Of a stretch of 64,000 bases of DNA, positions 24,619 through 38,427 are shown in pieces. How positions within the stretch are numbered: position 1 is the stretch's first letter; each line of letters opens with the position of its first letter. The notes beneath the pieces were generated by a model. That model worked only from the letters and a program-made list of their open reading frames with translations. It ran no database searches and was not told the DNA's origin. Source of the stretch: Mobula hypostoma (Eukaryota); contig NC_086097.1 in NCBI RefSeq assembly GCF_963921235.1, positions 154,196,001-154,260,000 on the forward strand. The letters run 5' to 3'. A program made the position numbers and the translations under genes.

Positions 24619-26004
24619 ATCCACTCATGATTTAGAAAGAAATACGCCAGTGAACGATGTAGAGAGCTGACCAGAGCAGGGAGATTTCATATTCTCTGTG
24701 GCAGGGGCAAATCTCCTGCAGCTGAGATCTGACAGAAGATGAAACTACAATGTACAGGGAGGAGAATCAACAAGTGTCTTTATTTGTGATGGGCATCACA
24801 ATCACTATCAAATGCAAACTGCCATCCTCACTCTTAGGCCAACATGAAGCAGAACAGGAAACGTTAAATGCAAAAGAATAGGAAGAACAAATATTGTAAA
24901 AAAAACCTTCGGAGGTTTCCATTTGTGGAGAACTGAAAAGCAACAGAAGGGCTTGTTTTTAATAAACTTGTGTTGTTGCCTCTGTAATTGATATTTCCAT
25001 TTGCAACCCTGGCTGATTAACTCTAGCAACTCCCTTGCTGTATCCACAGGATAAACTATTGTTTCCCCAAATCGTACTTGAATTTACAATGAAAGATCCC
25101 TCAGATGTTTCTCCTGGACTGCATACAGTCAATTTAGTTGTTGTAGATTTCCCTGAAGTTTGTGAATATACATTAACTGACTAATTACTTGGATGCATCA
25201 AGATTCTTCCTTGTTTACCTGAAATGACTTTCGAATTGATGTAGAAATTATAAGGTTACATCTGAAGTCTGAAGACAGCAGATGAGTTTCTCCGCAGGAT
25301 GGAAGGGACCCCACAGTGAGGAGTAGGTGGAGACCAATCGCCTTTCATTTGCCTGAGGAGGCTGAATACTCCAAAGCAATCTGGCAGATTATCACACTGA
25401 TAAAATTGCTTTATTTTAGCTCTCTTAATATAAATTCATTACTAAAATGACTGCCATGAAACTGTCAAAGTATCATTTAAAAATAAAACGGAATTTCATA
25501 AAACAGATTTTCAGCAAAACACCGAGCAATTTTCAGTACTTTTTATATCACTTACTGTTCAAATTGTTTTAAGCAAATACATGTACACTTCTTCTGACTT
25601 AACAGTTGCTGAAGAAATGCTGGACGATGATATTCCAATACACAATAGTATGAAGATTCACAGAATCTACTCTGGGGAGCAGAAGCAGGGAAGAGTAAAG
25701 AGCGGAAGGAGCAAAGTGTGCTGAATTCTTCTGTCTACCTCAGGGAACAGGTCTTTAGAACAGCAGAAATGGCAGCAGAAGTGAATACTATGAACCTTTG
25801 AGTCTGCCTTTATACAGGCTGTTCTACTTTAAAGGAAGTGAAGGACATCTAAAGGTGAGGCAGAAACAGAGTCAGTAGCAATCGGTGGATAAAGCTTCAA
25901 ATCCTTTTCCACATATTTGTGTTGAGCAATGGCCAATCCAAGGACATCCTAAAATAGCACATTTGTGAACATTTACACTTAAAGCTTGCTAGGGAGATTT
26001 TCAC

Positions 26005-27590
26005 AAACAAGAGAAAATCCGCAGATGCCAGAAATCCAAGCAATACACACAGAGTGCTGGAGGAATGCAGCAGGCCAGGCAGCATCTATGGAAAAGAGTA
26101 CAGTCGACGTTTCAAGCCGAGACCCTTTGGCAGGACTGGAGAAAAAATGCTGAGGAGTAGAGTTAAAAGGATGGGGGAACGGGAGAGAGAAACACACACA
26201 ACCTGAAGGGGGAAGGATGAAGTAAAGAGCCGGGAAGTTGATTGGTGAAAGAGAAACAGGGCTGGAGAAGGAGGAATCTGACAGCAGAGGACAGAAGGCC
26301 ATGGAAGAAAGAAAAGCAGAGAGGAGCATCTGAGGGAGGTGATGGGTGGGCAAGGAGATAAGGTGAGAGAGGGAAAAGGGGATGGGGAATACTGTAGGAG
26401 AGTGGCTTGGGGCGGTGGGTGGCATTATCAGAAGTTCGAGAAATCCATGTTCATGCCATCAGGTTGGAGGCTACCCAGATGGAATATAAAGTGTTATTTC
26501 TCTAACCTGAGTGTGGCCTCATCACGATAGAGGAGAGGCCATGGATAGACATATCGGAATGGGAATGGGACGTGGAATTAAAATGAGTGGCCACTGAGAG
26601 ACGCCGCTTCTTCTGGTGGACAGAGGGTAGGTGCTCGGTGAAGCGGTCTCCCAATCTACATCAAGTCTCACTGGTATACAGGAGGCCACACCGGGACCAC
26701 CACACACAGTATATGACCCCAACAGATTCACAGGTGAAGTGTTGCCTCACCTGGAAGGACTGTTTGGGGCCTGAATGGTAGTGAGGGAGGAGGTGTAGGG
26801 GCAGGTGTGGCACTTGTTCTGCTTGCAAGGATAAGTGCCAGGAGGGAGATCAGAGGGGAGAGAGGAATGAACAGGAGGGTATAACAGTCCTTCCAGGTGA
26901 GGTGACACTTCACCTGTGAGTCTATTGGGGACATATACCATGTCCGGTGATCCTGGTGTGGCCTCCTGTATATCGTTAAGACCCAACATAGACTAGGAGA
27001 CCGGTTCGCTGAGCACCTTCGCTCCATTCACCAGGAGAATCGGGATCTCCCGGTGGCCATCCATTTAAACTCCACTTCCCATTCCCATTCCGGTATGTCA
27101 ATCTATGGCCTCCTCCACTGTTGCGATGAGGCCACACTTAGGTTGGATGACTTATATTCCAACTGGGTAATCTCCAACCTGATGACATGAACATCGATTT
27201 CTCAAACTTCAAGCAATGTCCCCCCCGCCTTCACCATTCCCCATCCCCTTTTCCCTCTCTCACCTCATCACCTTACCCGCCCATCCTCTCCCTCTGGTAC
27301 TCCTCTCCATATCCTTTCTTCCATGACCCTCCGTCCTCTTCGATCAGACACCCCTCCTTCTCCAACCCTGTATCTCTTTCACCAATCAACCTCCTAATTC
27401 GTTACTTCATCCCTCCCCTTCAGGTTTCACCTATCACCTTGTGTTTCTCTCTCCTCTCGCCAACCTTTTAAATCTACTCCTCAGCAATTATTCTCCAGTC
27501 CTGCCGAAGGCGCTCAGCCTGAAGCATCAACTGCACTCTTTTCCATAGATGCTGCTTGACCTGGTGAGTTCCTCCAACAGTTTGTGTGTG
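26005..27590. mobile_element. Penelope-like element, inverted (back-to-back) structure with GIY-YIG remnants on both arms
   Basis: Left arm (minus) reads TYPCKQNKCHTCPY...SFQVRQHFTCESVGVIYC...RLGDRFTEH. The right arm (plus) starts at about 26883 with the same sequence. 15-bp TSD tagggagattttcac / tagggaggttttcac. Confidence 0.88.
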
Positions 27591-28016
27591 TAGGGAGGTT
27601 TTCACGCTGATCACAGTATTAAACCTTGACCTGCACTATTCAAAGTGGCACCTTCATCCATCTTTTGCTGCCCAGTTCCATGGGAATAAGTCAATGATTG
27701 AAGGAGCAAATTCCACGGCACCCAGAGGCGGGGGAGCATAGGTTAATAGTTTGGGGGGGGGGGGAGGTCACTCTCATTGCAAGAGCAGACCGCTGTCCCT
27801 GTGAGGCATGAACTCACATCCCCACACCAATCTTTGCTGTGCTCGTATACAATCAGTACCATGAGACCCAGCAATAATATGTGAAATATACAGTACAGAG
27901 CATTAAAACACAGCCAGGTCAGGCAACACCTGTGGAAAGAGAATGAGTTAATGTTGCAGGTCTGAAATACTTTTTCAGAACAACTCCAGGGCTTTGGATC
28001 TGAAAGCTTAATTCCG

Positions 28017-28310
28017 TGTGGGCAGCGCAGTGTGAGAAATGCTTTACAGAACCAGCGGTCAGGGTTCAAGTCCCACTGCAGCCTATAAGAATTTTGCACG
28101 TTCTCCGTGACTGTGTGGGTTTCCTCCCGGTGCTCTGGTTTCTTCCCATATACATTAAAAGACATGAGCGTAGTGAGTTGTGGGTGTGCTCCATTGGCAC
28201 TAGAAGTGTGGCAATGGCTGAGGCTGCCTCATGTACATCTCCGATGCAAGCAACCCGTTTCACTGTATGTTTCAATGTATATATAGCAAGTAAGGCTAAT
28301 CTTTATCTCA
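28017..28310 (+). mobile_element. tRNA-derived V-SINE/HE1-like SINE
   Basis: A/B-box-like head (GGGTTCAAGTCCC) plus a V-domain-like tttgcacgttctccgtgactgtgtgggtttcctcccggtgctctggtttcttccca. Confidence 0.65.
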
Positions 28311-29099
28311 TTACCTGTTTCCACTTACACCCACCTGCTGCTGAGTGTTTTCAGCATTCAGTGTTTTTAATTCAGATTTCCAGCATAAGCAAGTTTTTAA
28401 AAAATTCCCTTTAATTCTCATCTCTATACCAACATTTATGATCCTTTCTCTGTGGATATAAATGAAAATTGAATGAATTATTTTATGTCCATCAGTTAGA
28501 GATTTATTGCACGTTTTTATGTTGTGACCCATGCACTAATGCGCTGGGGAAGTGACAGGTCTTCTATGGTGTATCATGCTGAAAGGTGCCTGAACCAATC
28601 AGTAACAGACATTATTGTTATTATTGTGTTAAGCATGTGTTAAATGCTTTCATGCATAATTTGTGCATCAAACTGGATTCTATAAACTCCAATTTCTAGG
28701 CTGTTATGTTTCAAAGTTTATACTGAGTTAGTCAAGCAAGACATTACAATGATAGTTCTGCCATTTATTTAGAGGATGAATTCTAAAGAGAATACTAGAG
28801 TTGAAATGCAGAAAATTGCACATGCTAAAAATCTAATGGAAGCTCATTAACCAGAAATATTAACTCTGCTTCTCAATCCAAAGATACTGCCAAGCCCACA
28901 GACTTTTTCCATCATTTTCTGATTTTATTTTGAACATTATGGGGTAAATTTGCAATCTGATTGTAAAAAAATACCAATGCTTTATGAAAATGAATCTCAG
29001 GATAGTATGTGGTGACACATTTGTACTTTGATAATAAATTTATTTTGAACTTTGAACCATATGGCTACAATTATGCCAATATTGATTTTTCTTTCATTT

Positions 29100-30433
29100 A
29101 AAGATCCTGAGATGCAGGATTTATGAACATTTGGAGAGGTATAATATGGTTAGGAATAGTGAACATGGCTTTGTCAAGGGCAGGTCGTGCCTTACGAGCC
29201 TGATTGAATTTTTTGACGATGTGACTAATCACAATGATGAAGGAAGAGCAGTAGATATAGTGTATATGGATTTTAGCAAGGCATTTGATAAGATACCCTA
29301 TGCAAGGCTTACTGAGAAAGTAAGGAGGCATGGGATCCAAGGGGACATTGCTTTGTCCTGAACTGACCTGCCCACAGAAGGCAAAGACTGGTTGTAGATG
29401 GGTCATATTCTGCATGGAGGTCAGTGACCAATGGTGTGCCTCAGGGAACTGTTCTGGAACCCTTATTCTTCATGATTTTTATAAATGACCTGGATGAGGA
29501 AGTGGAGGGATGGGTTAGTAAGTTTGCTGATGACACAAAGGTTGGAGGTGTTGTGGATAGTGTGGAGGGCTGTCAGAGGTTACAGCGGGACATTGATAGG
29601 ATGTAAAACTGGGCTGAGAAGTGGCAGATAGAGTTCAACCCAGATAAGTGTGAGGTGGTTCATTTTGGTAGGTCAAATATGATGGCAGAATATAGTATTA
29701 ATGGTAAGACTCTTGGCAGTATGGAGGATCAGAGGGATCTTGGGGACCGAGTCCATAGGACACTCAAAGCTGCTACACAGGTTGAATCTGTGGTTAAGAA
29801 TGCATATGGCACATTAGCCTTCATCAATTGTGGGATTGAGTTTAGGAGCCGCGAGGTAATGTTGCAGCTATATAGGACCCTGGTCAGACCCCACTTGGAG
29901 TACTATGCTCAGTTCTGGTTACCTCACTACAGGAGAGATGTGGAAACCATAGAAAGGGTGCAGAGGAGATTTACAAGTATGTTGCCTGGATTGGAGAACA
30001 TGCCATATGAAAACAGGTTAAGTGAACTCGGCCTTTTCTCCTTGGAGCAACGGAGGATGAGAGGTGACCTGATAGAGGTGTATAAGATGAGAAGAGGCGT
30101 TGATCGTGTGGGTAGTCAGAGACTTTTTCCCAGGGCTGAAATGGTTGCCACAAGAGGACACAAGTTTAAGGTGCTGGGGAGTAGGTACAGAGGAGATGTC
30201 AGGGGTAAGTTTTTTACGCAGAGAGTGGTGAGTGCATGGAATGGGCTGCCAGCAACGGTGGTGGAAGCGGATACGATAGGGTCTTCTAAGAGACTTTTGG
30301 ATAGGTACATGGAGCTTAGAAAAATAGAGGGTTAAGGGTAAGCCTAGTAACTTCTAAGGTAGGAACATGTTCGGCACAACTTTGTGGGCCCAAGGGCCTG
30401 TATTGTGCTACAGGTTTTCTATGTTTCTATGTT
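29100..30433 (+). mobile_element. CR1 LINE 3' half
   Basis: HGFVKGRSCLTSL, DFSKAFD, KFADDTK and RPHLEY motifs, with a TTCTATGT tail. Confidence 0.92.
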
Positions 30434-30519
30434 TAAGTGAAACCACTTCAAATTATGCAAGTAGTCATCTCTCCCTTTACAATGTCATCAAGGGCAATGT
30501 TTTCAATAAAATAACTCAC

Positions 30520-30659
30520 CCTTTCTCCATCCAATAGGAGGTGAACTCTGAAGAGACTGGAACTGTTCACCACAATCTCCTCATTTCTGTACAGGATCTG
30601 AAATATTTTACTGTAAACTGTGTTGTCATGGATGAAGGGTGGATTAGTGGCTGAATCTC
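30520..30659 (-). CDS. FAM135B: Internal coding exon (140 nt, phase 1 to phase 0) of a FAM135B-like host gene
   Basis: On the minus strand: acceptor ttttgttttgcag, then an open frame (G)DSATNPPFIHDNTVYSKIFQILYRNEEIVVNSSSLFRVHLLLDGER, then donor gtgagt. It matches recalled FAM135B HDSTVHSRVFQILYRNEE...FRVHLLLGGER better than FAM135A (FKVKMLLDERK). No neighbouring exons were found in the window. Confidence 0.88.
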
Positions 30660-31759
30660 CTGCAAAACAAAACAGTCACCTGTTAAGTACGAAAAGAAAT
30701 AATTCAAAATTTCAGCACAATATAATTCTGATATCTCAGCAGGCTGAGAGAGCATGTGATAATCTGTAACAAAGTGGAACCTTTTTGTGGAGACTTAACT
30801 TTCTCATCCTATTTCTCAATACCTTGCTCCATAAACATTCCTGATTAATATGTTTTTGCACTGTCTTCTTTTGTAATTTAGATCTCAATATTTTATTTCT
30901 GGCTATTCTCTTTGTTTCAGATATTCTAAGCCAAGTTGTGCTGAGCCACAGAGATAACTCTATTCAAACTGAACTTAGCCATTTAGTTCCAAGGTCCAGC
31001 ACCCTAAATCTGTTTACTTATCTGCCATTTTCCATGTATTTAGAGCATTCCACATATATCTGTGGCTGCTACTAAAAGGATCAATGATTTTCACTACAAC
31101 CACGGTTACAACAAATGTACTCTCTCAATCTCTTTACCATGTTCAGTGATATTAAATACTCTATTGACATTACTCCTCTTTCAATCCAATTCATGTTAGC
31201 ACATTCTCCTGCCAGACTGCCCCTCACATGTTTACTCTTATTGTCACCAACATCTGTACTATGTTCCTGGGCTCAGTTATCTGCTTAGCTCCTAATCATT
31301 GGCACAAGTATTGGAAATTGCTGCCTCAGTTATTATGTGTAAGGTATTATTAATTCTACTTCTGTTTAGCATCATTAAGTGCTGTTATTCTTTGATTCAG
31401 CTTTACTTATATGTATATTGAAACACAGAGTGAAATACACTGATTGTGTTAACAACCAGCACACACAACACGACCAGCTGCCAACATGACTTCAAGATCA
31501 CTGATGTATGACTACAAAGAGCTTCGACCTCAACTCAGAATCCATCATTTACCACCCCTAACCTCAAATCCCCCACATCCTTGGGCCTATACACTAACCT
31601 GCTGTCCTAAAGCCATCCCTGTGAACCTACTATAAAAGTAAGGCTGAACCCCGACCTTGACAGACATCACAGCTCGGCACCTTCTTGACCTGCCGCTGAT
31701 ACTTCCACTAACAAAGACTTTATCATTGAAAAACATTGAAAAAAAATCAGATGCTATCA

Positions 31760-32470
31760 GGATCTGAATCATGTTTTAATATCACCGGCATATGTCATGA
31801 AATTTGTTGTTGTGCAGCAGCGGTACATTGTAATATGTATATATTAAAAAAGTAAAATTAAGTAAGTAACGCACATTGAGAAAAGGTAAAGCAGTGAGAT
31901 AGTTTTCATGGGTGCAATGTCCATTCAGAAATCTGATGGTAGTGGGGCCGAAGCTGTTCCTGAATCATTGAGTGTGTTCCTTCAGGCTCCTGTACCTCCT
32001 TCCTCATAGTAGCAATGAGAAGAGGACATGTCCTGGGTGATGGGGGTCCATAATGATGGATGCCGTCTTTTTGAGGCTTCACTCCTTCTAGTGCCCATGA
32101 TGGGGCTGACTGAGTTCACAACTTTCTGCAGCTTATTTTGATCCTATGCAGTGCCCTCCCCTCCCCACCCCACCCTACCACATCAGGAGGTGATGCAGCC
32201 AGTTAGAATGCTTTCCATGGTGCATTTGTAGAAATTTGCAAGTGTCTTTGGTGACATACCAAATCTCCTCAAACACCTAATGAAGTTTAGCCACTGTCCT
32301 GCCTTTCTTGTAACTGTGTCAATATGTTGGGCCCAGGATAGATCCTCAGAGAAGTTGACACCCAGGAACTTGAAATTACTCAACCTTTCCACTTCTGATC
32401 CTTCAATGTGTGTTCCCTAGCCTTACCTTTTCTGAAGTCCAGAATCAATTTTTTGGTCTTGAGTTTACAT
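31760..32470 (-). mobile_element. Rex1/Babar LINE 3' fragment
   Basis: FKFLGVNFSEDLSW...NFYKCTMESILTGCIT. Confidence 0.82.
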
Positions 32471-33202
32471 TGAGACTTGTTAGGACTGAGCGGCTAGAGG
32501 CAGAGAGATCAAAGTAAAATTGGATAGAGAGTTAAAGTTAAGGAAAACTGGCAACTCATGGGCACCTCGATAGGTTCTTCTATTCTACAAAACAGTCATA
32601 CACCGTGCATCTTGTTTCTCATCACGAGTACCAAATCCAGTACACTAGATTAGAAGTGCAAGTGAATGGCTGTGTGTGTAGGGGGGAAAGAAGAGGTACA
32701 AGAGCAGTTGTGGCATCTCTTGTGGCCGGTTGGGCATCTGTCATGAAAAGGGAGTAATGCTGAATATGAAGTGAAGAAGAAATGGTATCTGTGGGAGGCA
32801 TTATGCCACACAGTGGACACAGAAATATTCCAAATTCACAGAAAATGGCTTTCGTTCCTCAGTTTGAATTATTTCTAAAGTTCTATGAGAAGGATAGAAA
32901 ACTGCAGGATATTTACCATGCAAATTACTGTCAACTCTAGAAATCTGGAACAAAGATAATGCCAGCAAAACTCAGCAATTCAATCAGTACTTATGGGAAA
33001 TACCAGAGATAGCATTCCAGGTCAATGACATGATGTTTAAATTGCACATATATTAAGCAATAACATTGCTTTCAGTCGTTTTAAAAAAGAAAAAGCAGAT
33101 ACGCTTGTAAAATAAAAATACAAATCTTTCCTGATAGTGATAGTTTTCACTGGGAAGATCCATCAGGACTCAGAAAGGAAATTAATTAGTTGGGAGCAGT
33201 AG

Positions 33203-33621
33203 ACACAAAATGCTGGAGAAACTCAGCAGGCCAGGCAGTATCTATGGAAAAGAATACAGTCGATATTTTGGGCTGAAACCCTTCAGCAGGACTGGAGCAG
33301 CAGGGGTCACAGAGGGGGAGCAGTGAGAGAAGGTTTCACTGAACTCCCATCAAAGATGAGATTTAAACTTGTTCAGGCTAGGCATCCCTGGAAGAGACTT
33401 CACAGTGTAGTAATCCAATCACAAACAAGAGAAAACCTGCAGATGCTGGAAATCCGAGCAACACACGGAAAATGCTGGAGGAACTCCATCCTGCCAAAGG
33501 GTTTCAGCCCAAAACATCGACTGTACTCTTTTCCATAGATGCTGCCTGGCCTGCTGAGTTCCTCCAGCATTCACTGTGTGTTGCTCAGGTTTCCAGCATC
33601 TGCAAATTTTTCTTGTTTGTG
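33203..33621. mobile_element. Two Penelope terminal-repeat insertions (33203-33297, and inverted 33420-33621)
   Basis: Copies of the acaaacaagagaaaa.ctgcagatgctgg repeat. The second insertion has inverted ends. Confidence 0.7.
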
Positions 33622-34294
33622 TTAAGTAATTGGGAGTTTTCTTTGAAAGGATTTAAAAGATCAAATGGATGTGATCACATTGAAAAAGTCAAAGTGATAA
33701 TGTATGAGAGAAGTAAGAGGTGAGGGCTCATTAGCTTCAGCTTTAGTTAGGAGAAAATTTCTGCTCGTCCAGTTGTGAATATCAATTACAGAGTCTAACA
33801 ATTCAGAGGCAGTGAAGGGAATTACAGAGCGGTAAGCTGGAGTTCAGTGTGGAGAGCTTACCTGTGGAAAATGATGCTTGTTTTTCCACATCACCAAGGG
33901 GAAGCACTTGGATGAATTACAGAAAGGGGACAAGGATAAATGAAGATGAAGGTGGTCGTGAGAAAGCACAGATACAACAGACCAGTGTGAGGAGTAACAT
34001 TTCAATTGACGGATGTGAATGAATGGAATGAGGCAAACCCAAACATCTAACTGCAGTTGAGTGAGATGAGAGAAGATTGGTGCTGTTGGTCACATCAGCC
34101 TGCAGACAGGCAGAGAAGGTTGTGGGGGCAGCTATTTGAATTACCGGCATAAAATTCTGTTATTTTTCGACAAGCTAAACAATTTGTTTAATTGTAATCG
34201 TTAATAATGTCTCTTGCAATGCCTAACTTATAAAACACTCACCAAGCAGCTACCAAGGAAACTCCTTCTCAAATATTGTGTGGCCATGTAGCTT

Positions 34295-34702
34295 CCAACC
34301 TGACGGAATGAATATTGATTTCTCCAACTTACAATAATTCCACCCCCCCCCCCATTGTTCAATTCCTCACACTGCTCCCTCCTTACCCTTTCTCTTCTCC
34401 TCAGCTGCTTATCATCTCCCCCGGTGCCCTTCCTCCTTCCCTTTCTCCCATGGTCCCAGATTTCTTGTTCTCTTGCCCTTTACATTTTCCACCAATCTCC
34501 TCCAAGCTTTTTATTCCATCCCCCTTCCCCCAACCACCTGGCTTCACCTATCACCTTCCACTCCTTCCCCTCCCCTCACGTTCTTATTCTGGCAACTCCA
34601 CCCTTCCTTTCCAGTCCTGACAAAGAGTCCGGAAACATTAACTGTTTATCCCCCTCCATAGACAATGTCAGAACTGCTGAGTTCCTCCAGAATTTTGTGT
34701 GT
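34295..34702 (+). mobile_element. Penelope 3' fragment (pyrimidine-rich UTR plus terminal repeat)
   Basis: caacctgacggaatgaatattga...ccagtcctgac...ctgctgagttcctccag, homologous to 27170-27590. Confidence 0.7.
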
Positions 34703-35734
34703 ATTTTCATGTGGTTATGGACCAAGGGATGATATTACTGTGATTATGATATCACCTTATTCAGAACCTGTGGCAATACCAATGCAGCAAAAGCTCAATT
34801 ATTCTGGTGCTATTCTAAGACTGGAATGCTTTACTGTTGACTCCATTCAAAATAACCAAATTTATCATAACGAGGATGAAGATGAAGTGACAAAAATAGT
34901 TGCTATTCTGACATTGAATTATATGAACATGTGGTGCAAACTGTGGGATTTGGACACATTCCCTTAATTCTGTATATATCTGGTGACTAATCTCATCTGT
35001 ACTTCATGTTTTTCCTCTTCTTTACTGGGTTAAACCAAAACTCTTTAAACAGATCTGATTCCTATTCGACATTTCTCTAAATTAATCATACAATTATATT
35101 TTTTAAGCCAGGCTGTGCTTTACCTAACCATTACATCTTATTAAATTAGTCAGAATATCAAGTTGCTCATTATGTGAGTCTTCATTTGTTACTCAATTTA
35201 TAAACGATCTACTGTTGCAAGAACAAAAAACATTTTTGCTCCACAGTACACTATACTGGACCAACCATATGTGACAGCGAATATCAGAATCTGCAGTTAA
35301 AAAAACAATAATCTGCCGGAGGAAGACAGCAGGTCAAGCAGCATTGGTGGGAGGAAAAGTTATTGTCAATGTTTGAGTTGAGACTACATCAGGTAGCTCA
35401 ACTGGGCCAGAACAGGACGGCCTTGGAATGCTCGATTGGCAATGGTGTAGAACATGGATAAAAATTGGAAATGAGAAGGTAATATTAAGCTTTTCTTTTA
35501 AAATAGCTAACAGTTGTTTAAAAATTAGTCAAAGACCATTAGGTCTGCCTTACTCTTGGAGACATGATTGAAATTTCCTGCGGCCTTCCTTAGTTTAGGT
35601 CACAACCGTGTGCTGGGATCATGACTGCAGGCATCCTTTGATTGAAATTAAATTTAACTACTATCCTTAGGCACAACCAGTTCTACTCATTGTGTCATTC
35701 CTGGCACCAGGGCAAGAATGAATTCTCAATATTC

Positions 35735-38427
35735 CTGGACTTCAGTGCTTTAGAAGGGATAGAGAGGGGGGAAAAAGGGGAGGAGGGGTGGCATTACTGG
35801 TCAGGGATACTATTACAGCTACAGAAAGGGTGGGTAATGTAGCAGGATCCTCTTTACAGTCAGTATGGGTGGAAGTCAGGAGCAGGAAGGGAGCAGTTAC
35901 TCTATTGCGAGTATTCTATAGGCCCCACGGTAGCAGCAGAGATACCGAGGAGCAGATTGGGAGGCAGATTTTGGAAAGGTGCAAAAATAACAGCGTTGTT
36001 ATCATGGGTGACTTTAACTTCCCTAATATTGATTGGCACCTGATTAGTTCCAAGGGTTTAGATGGGGCAGAGTTTGTTAGGTGTGTCCAGGATGGATTTC
36101 TGTCACAGTATGTTGACAGGCCGACTAGTGGGAATGCATACTCGATCTAGTATTAGGTAATGAACTGGGTCAGGTCACAGTGGGTGAGCATCTGGGGGAC
36201 AGTGACCACCGCTCCCTGGCCTTTAGCATTATCATGGAAAAGGATAGAATCAGAGAGGACAGGAAAATAATTAATTGGGGAAGGGCAAATTATGAGGCTA
36301 TAAGGCCAGAACTTGCAGGTGTGAATTGGGATGATGTTTTTGCAGGGAAATGTACTATGGACATGTGGTCGATGTTTAGAGATCTCTTGCAGGATGTTAG
36401 GAATAAATTTGTCCTGTTGAGGAAGATAAACAATGGTAGGGTGAAGGAACCATGGGTGACAAGTGAGGTGGAAAATCTAGTCAGGTGGAAGAAGGCAGCA
36501 TATATGAGGTTTAGGAAGCAATGATCAGATGGGTCTATTGAGGAATATAGGGTAGCAAGAAAGGAGCTTAAGAAGGGGCTGAGGAGAGCAAGAAGGGGGC
36601 ATGAGAAGGCCTTGGCGAGTAGGGTAAAGGAAAACCCCACGGCATTCTTCAATTATGTGAAGAACAAAAGGATGACAGGAGTGAAGGTAGGACTGATTAG
36701 AGATAAAGGTGGGAAGATGTGCCTGGAGGCTGTGGAAGTGAGCGAGGTCCTCAATGAATACATCTTTTCGGTATTCACCAATGTGAGGGAACTTGATGAT
36801 GGTGAGGACAATATGAGTGAGGTTGATGTTCTGGAGCATGTTGATATTAAGGGAGAGGAGGTGTTGGAGTTATTAAAATACATTAGGGCGGATAAGTCCC
36901 TGGGGCCGGACGGAATATTCCCCAGGCTGCTCCATGAGGCGAGGGAAGAGATTGCTGAACCTCTGGCTGTGATCTTTATGTCCTCGTTGTCTACCGGAAT
37001 GGTACCGGAGGATTGGAGGGAGGCGAATGTTGTCCCCTTTTTTAAAAAGGGTAGTAGGGATAGTCCGAGTAATTATAGACCAGTGAGCCTTACGTCTGTG
37101 GTGGGAAAGCTGTTGGAAAAGATAGGATCTATGGGCATTTAGAGAATCATGGTCTGATCAGGGACAGTCAGCATGGCTTTGTGAAGGGCAGATCGAGTCT
37201 AACAAGCCTGATAGAGTTCTTTGAGGAGGTGACCAGGCACATGGATGAGGGTAGTGCAGTGGATGTGATCTATATGGATTTTAGTAAGGCATTTGACAAG
37301 GTTCCACACGGTAGGCTTATTCAGAAAGTTAGAAGGCATGGGATCCAGGGAAGTTTGGCCAGGTGGATTCAGAATTGGCTTGCCTGCAGAAGGCAGAGGG
37401 TCGTGGTGGAGGGAGTACATTCAGATTGGAGGGATGTGACTAGTGGTGTCCCACAAGGATCGGTTCTGGGACCTCTACTTTTCGTGATTTTTATTAACGA
37501 CCTGGATGTGGGGGTAGAAGGGTGGGTTGGCAAGTTTGCAGACGACACAAAGGTTAGTGGTGGTGTAGATAGTGTAGAGGATTGTCGAAGATTGCAGAGA
37601 GACATTGATAGGATGCAGAAGTGGGCTGAGAAGTGGCAGATGGAGTTCAACCCAGAGAAATGTGAGGTGATACACTTTGGAAGGACAAACTCCAAGGCAG
37701 AGTACAAAGTAAATGGCAGGATACTTGGTAGTGTGGAGGAGCAGAGGGATCTGGGGGTACATGTCCACAGATCCCTGAAAGTTGCCTCACAGGTAGATAG
37801 GGTAGTTAAGAAAGCTTATGGGGTGTTAGCTTTCATAAGTCGAGGGATAGAATTTAAGAGTCGTGTGGTAATGATGCAGCTCTATAAAACTCTGGTTAGG
37901 CCACATTTGGAGTACTGTTTCCAGTTCTGGTCGCCTCACTATAGGAAGGATGTGGAAGCATTGGAAAGGGTACAGAGGAGATTTACCAAGATGCTGCCTG
38001 GTTTAGAGAGTATAGATTATGATCAGAGATTAAGGGAACTAGGGCTTTACTCTTTGGAGAGAAGGAGGATGAGAGGAGACATGATAGAGGTATACAAGAT
38101 ATTAAGAGGAATAGATAGAGTGGATAGCCAGCGCCTCTTCTCCAGGGCACCACTGCTCAATACAAGGGGACATGGCTTTAAGGTAAGGGGTGGGAAGTTC
38201 AAGAGGGATATTAGAGGAAGGATTTTTACTCAGAGAGTGGTTGGTGCGTGGAATGCACTGCCTGAGTCAGTGGTGGAGGCAGATACACTAGTTAAGTTTA
38301 AGAGACTACTAGACAGGTATATGGAGGAATTTAAGGTGTGGGGTTATATGGGAGGCAAGGTTTGAGGGTCGGCACAACAATGTGGGCCGAAGGGCCTGTA
38401 CTGTGCTGTACTATTCTATGTTCTATG
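35735..38427 (+). mobile_element. CR1 LINE ORF2, 5'-truncated within the endonuclease
   Basis: GDFNFP, SDH, PEDWREANV, and a 394-aa open RT/C-terminal ORF (37181-38365), ending in a TTCTATG tail. Confidence 0.94.

Noticed and set aside
33858..33940. Minus-strand donor CAG|gtaagc in the right phase for the preceding FAM135B exon
   Set aside because: There is an in-frame stop within the expected exon length and no YYQIR-like sequence.
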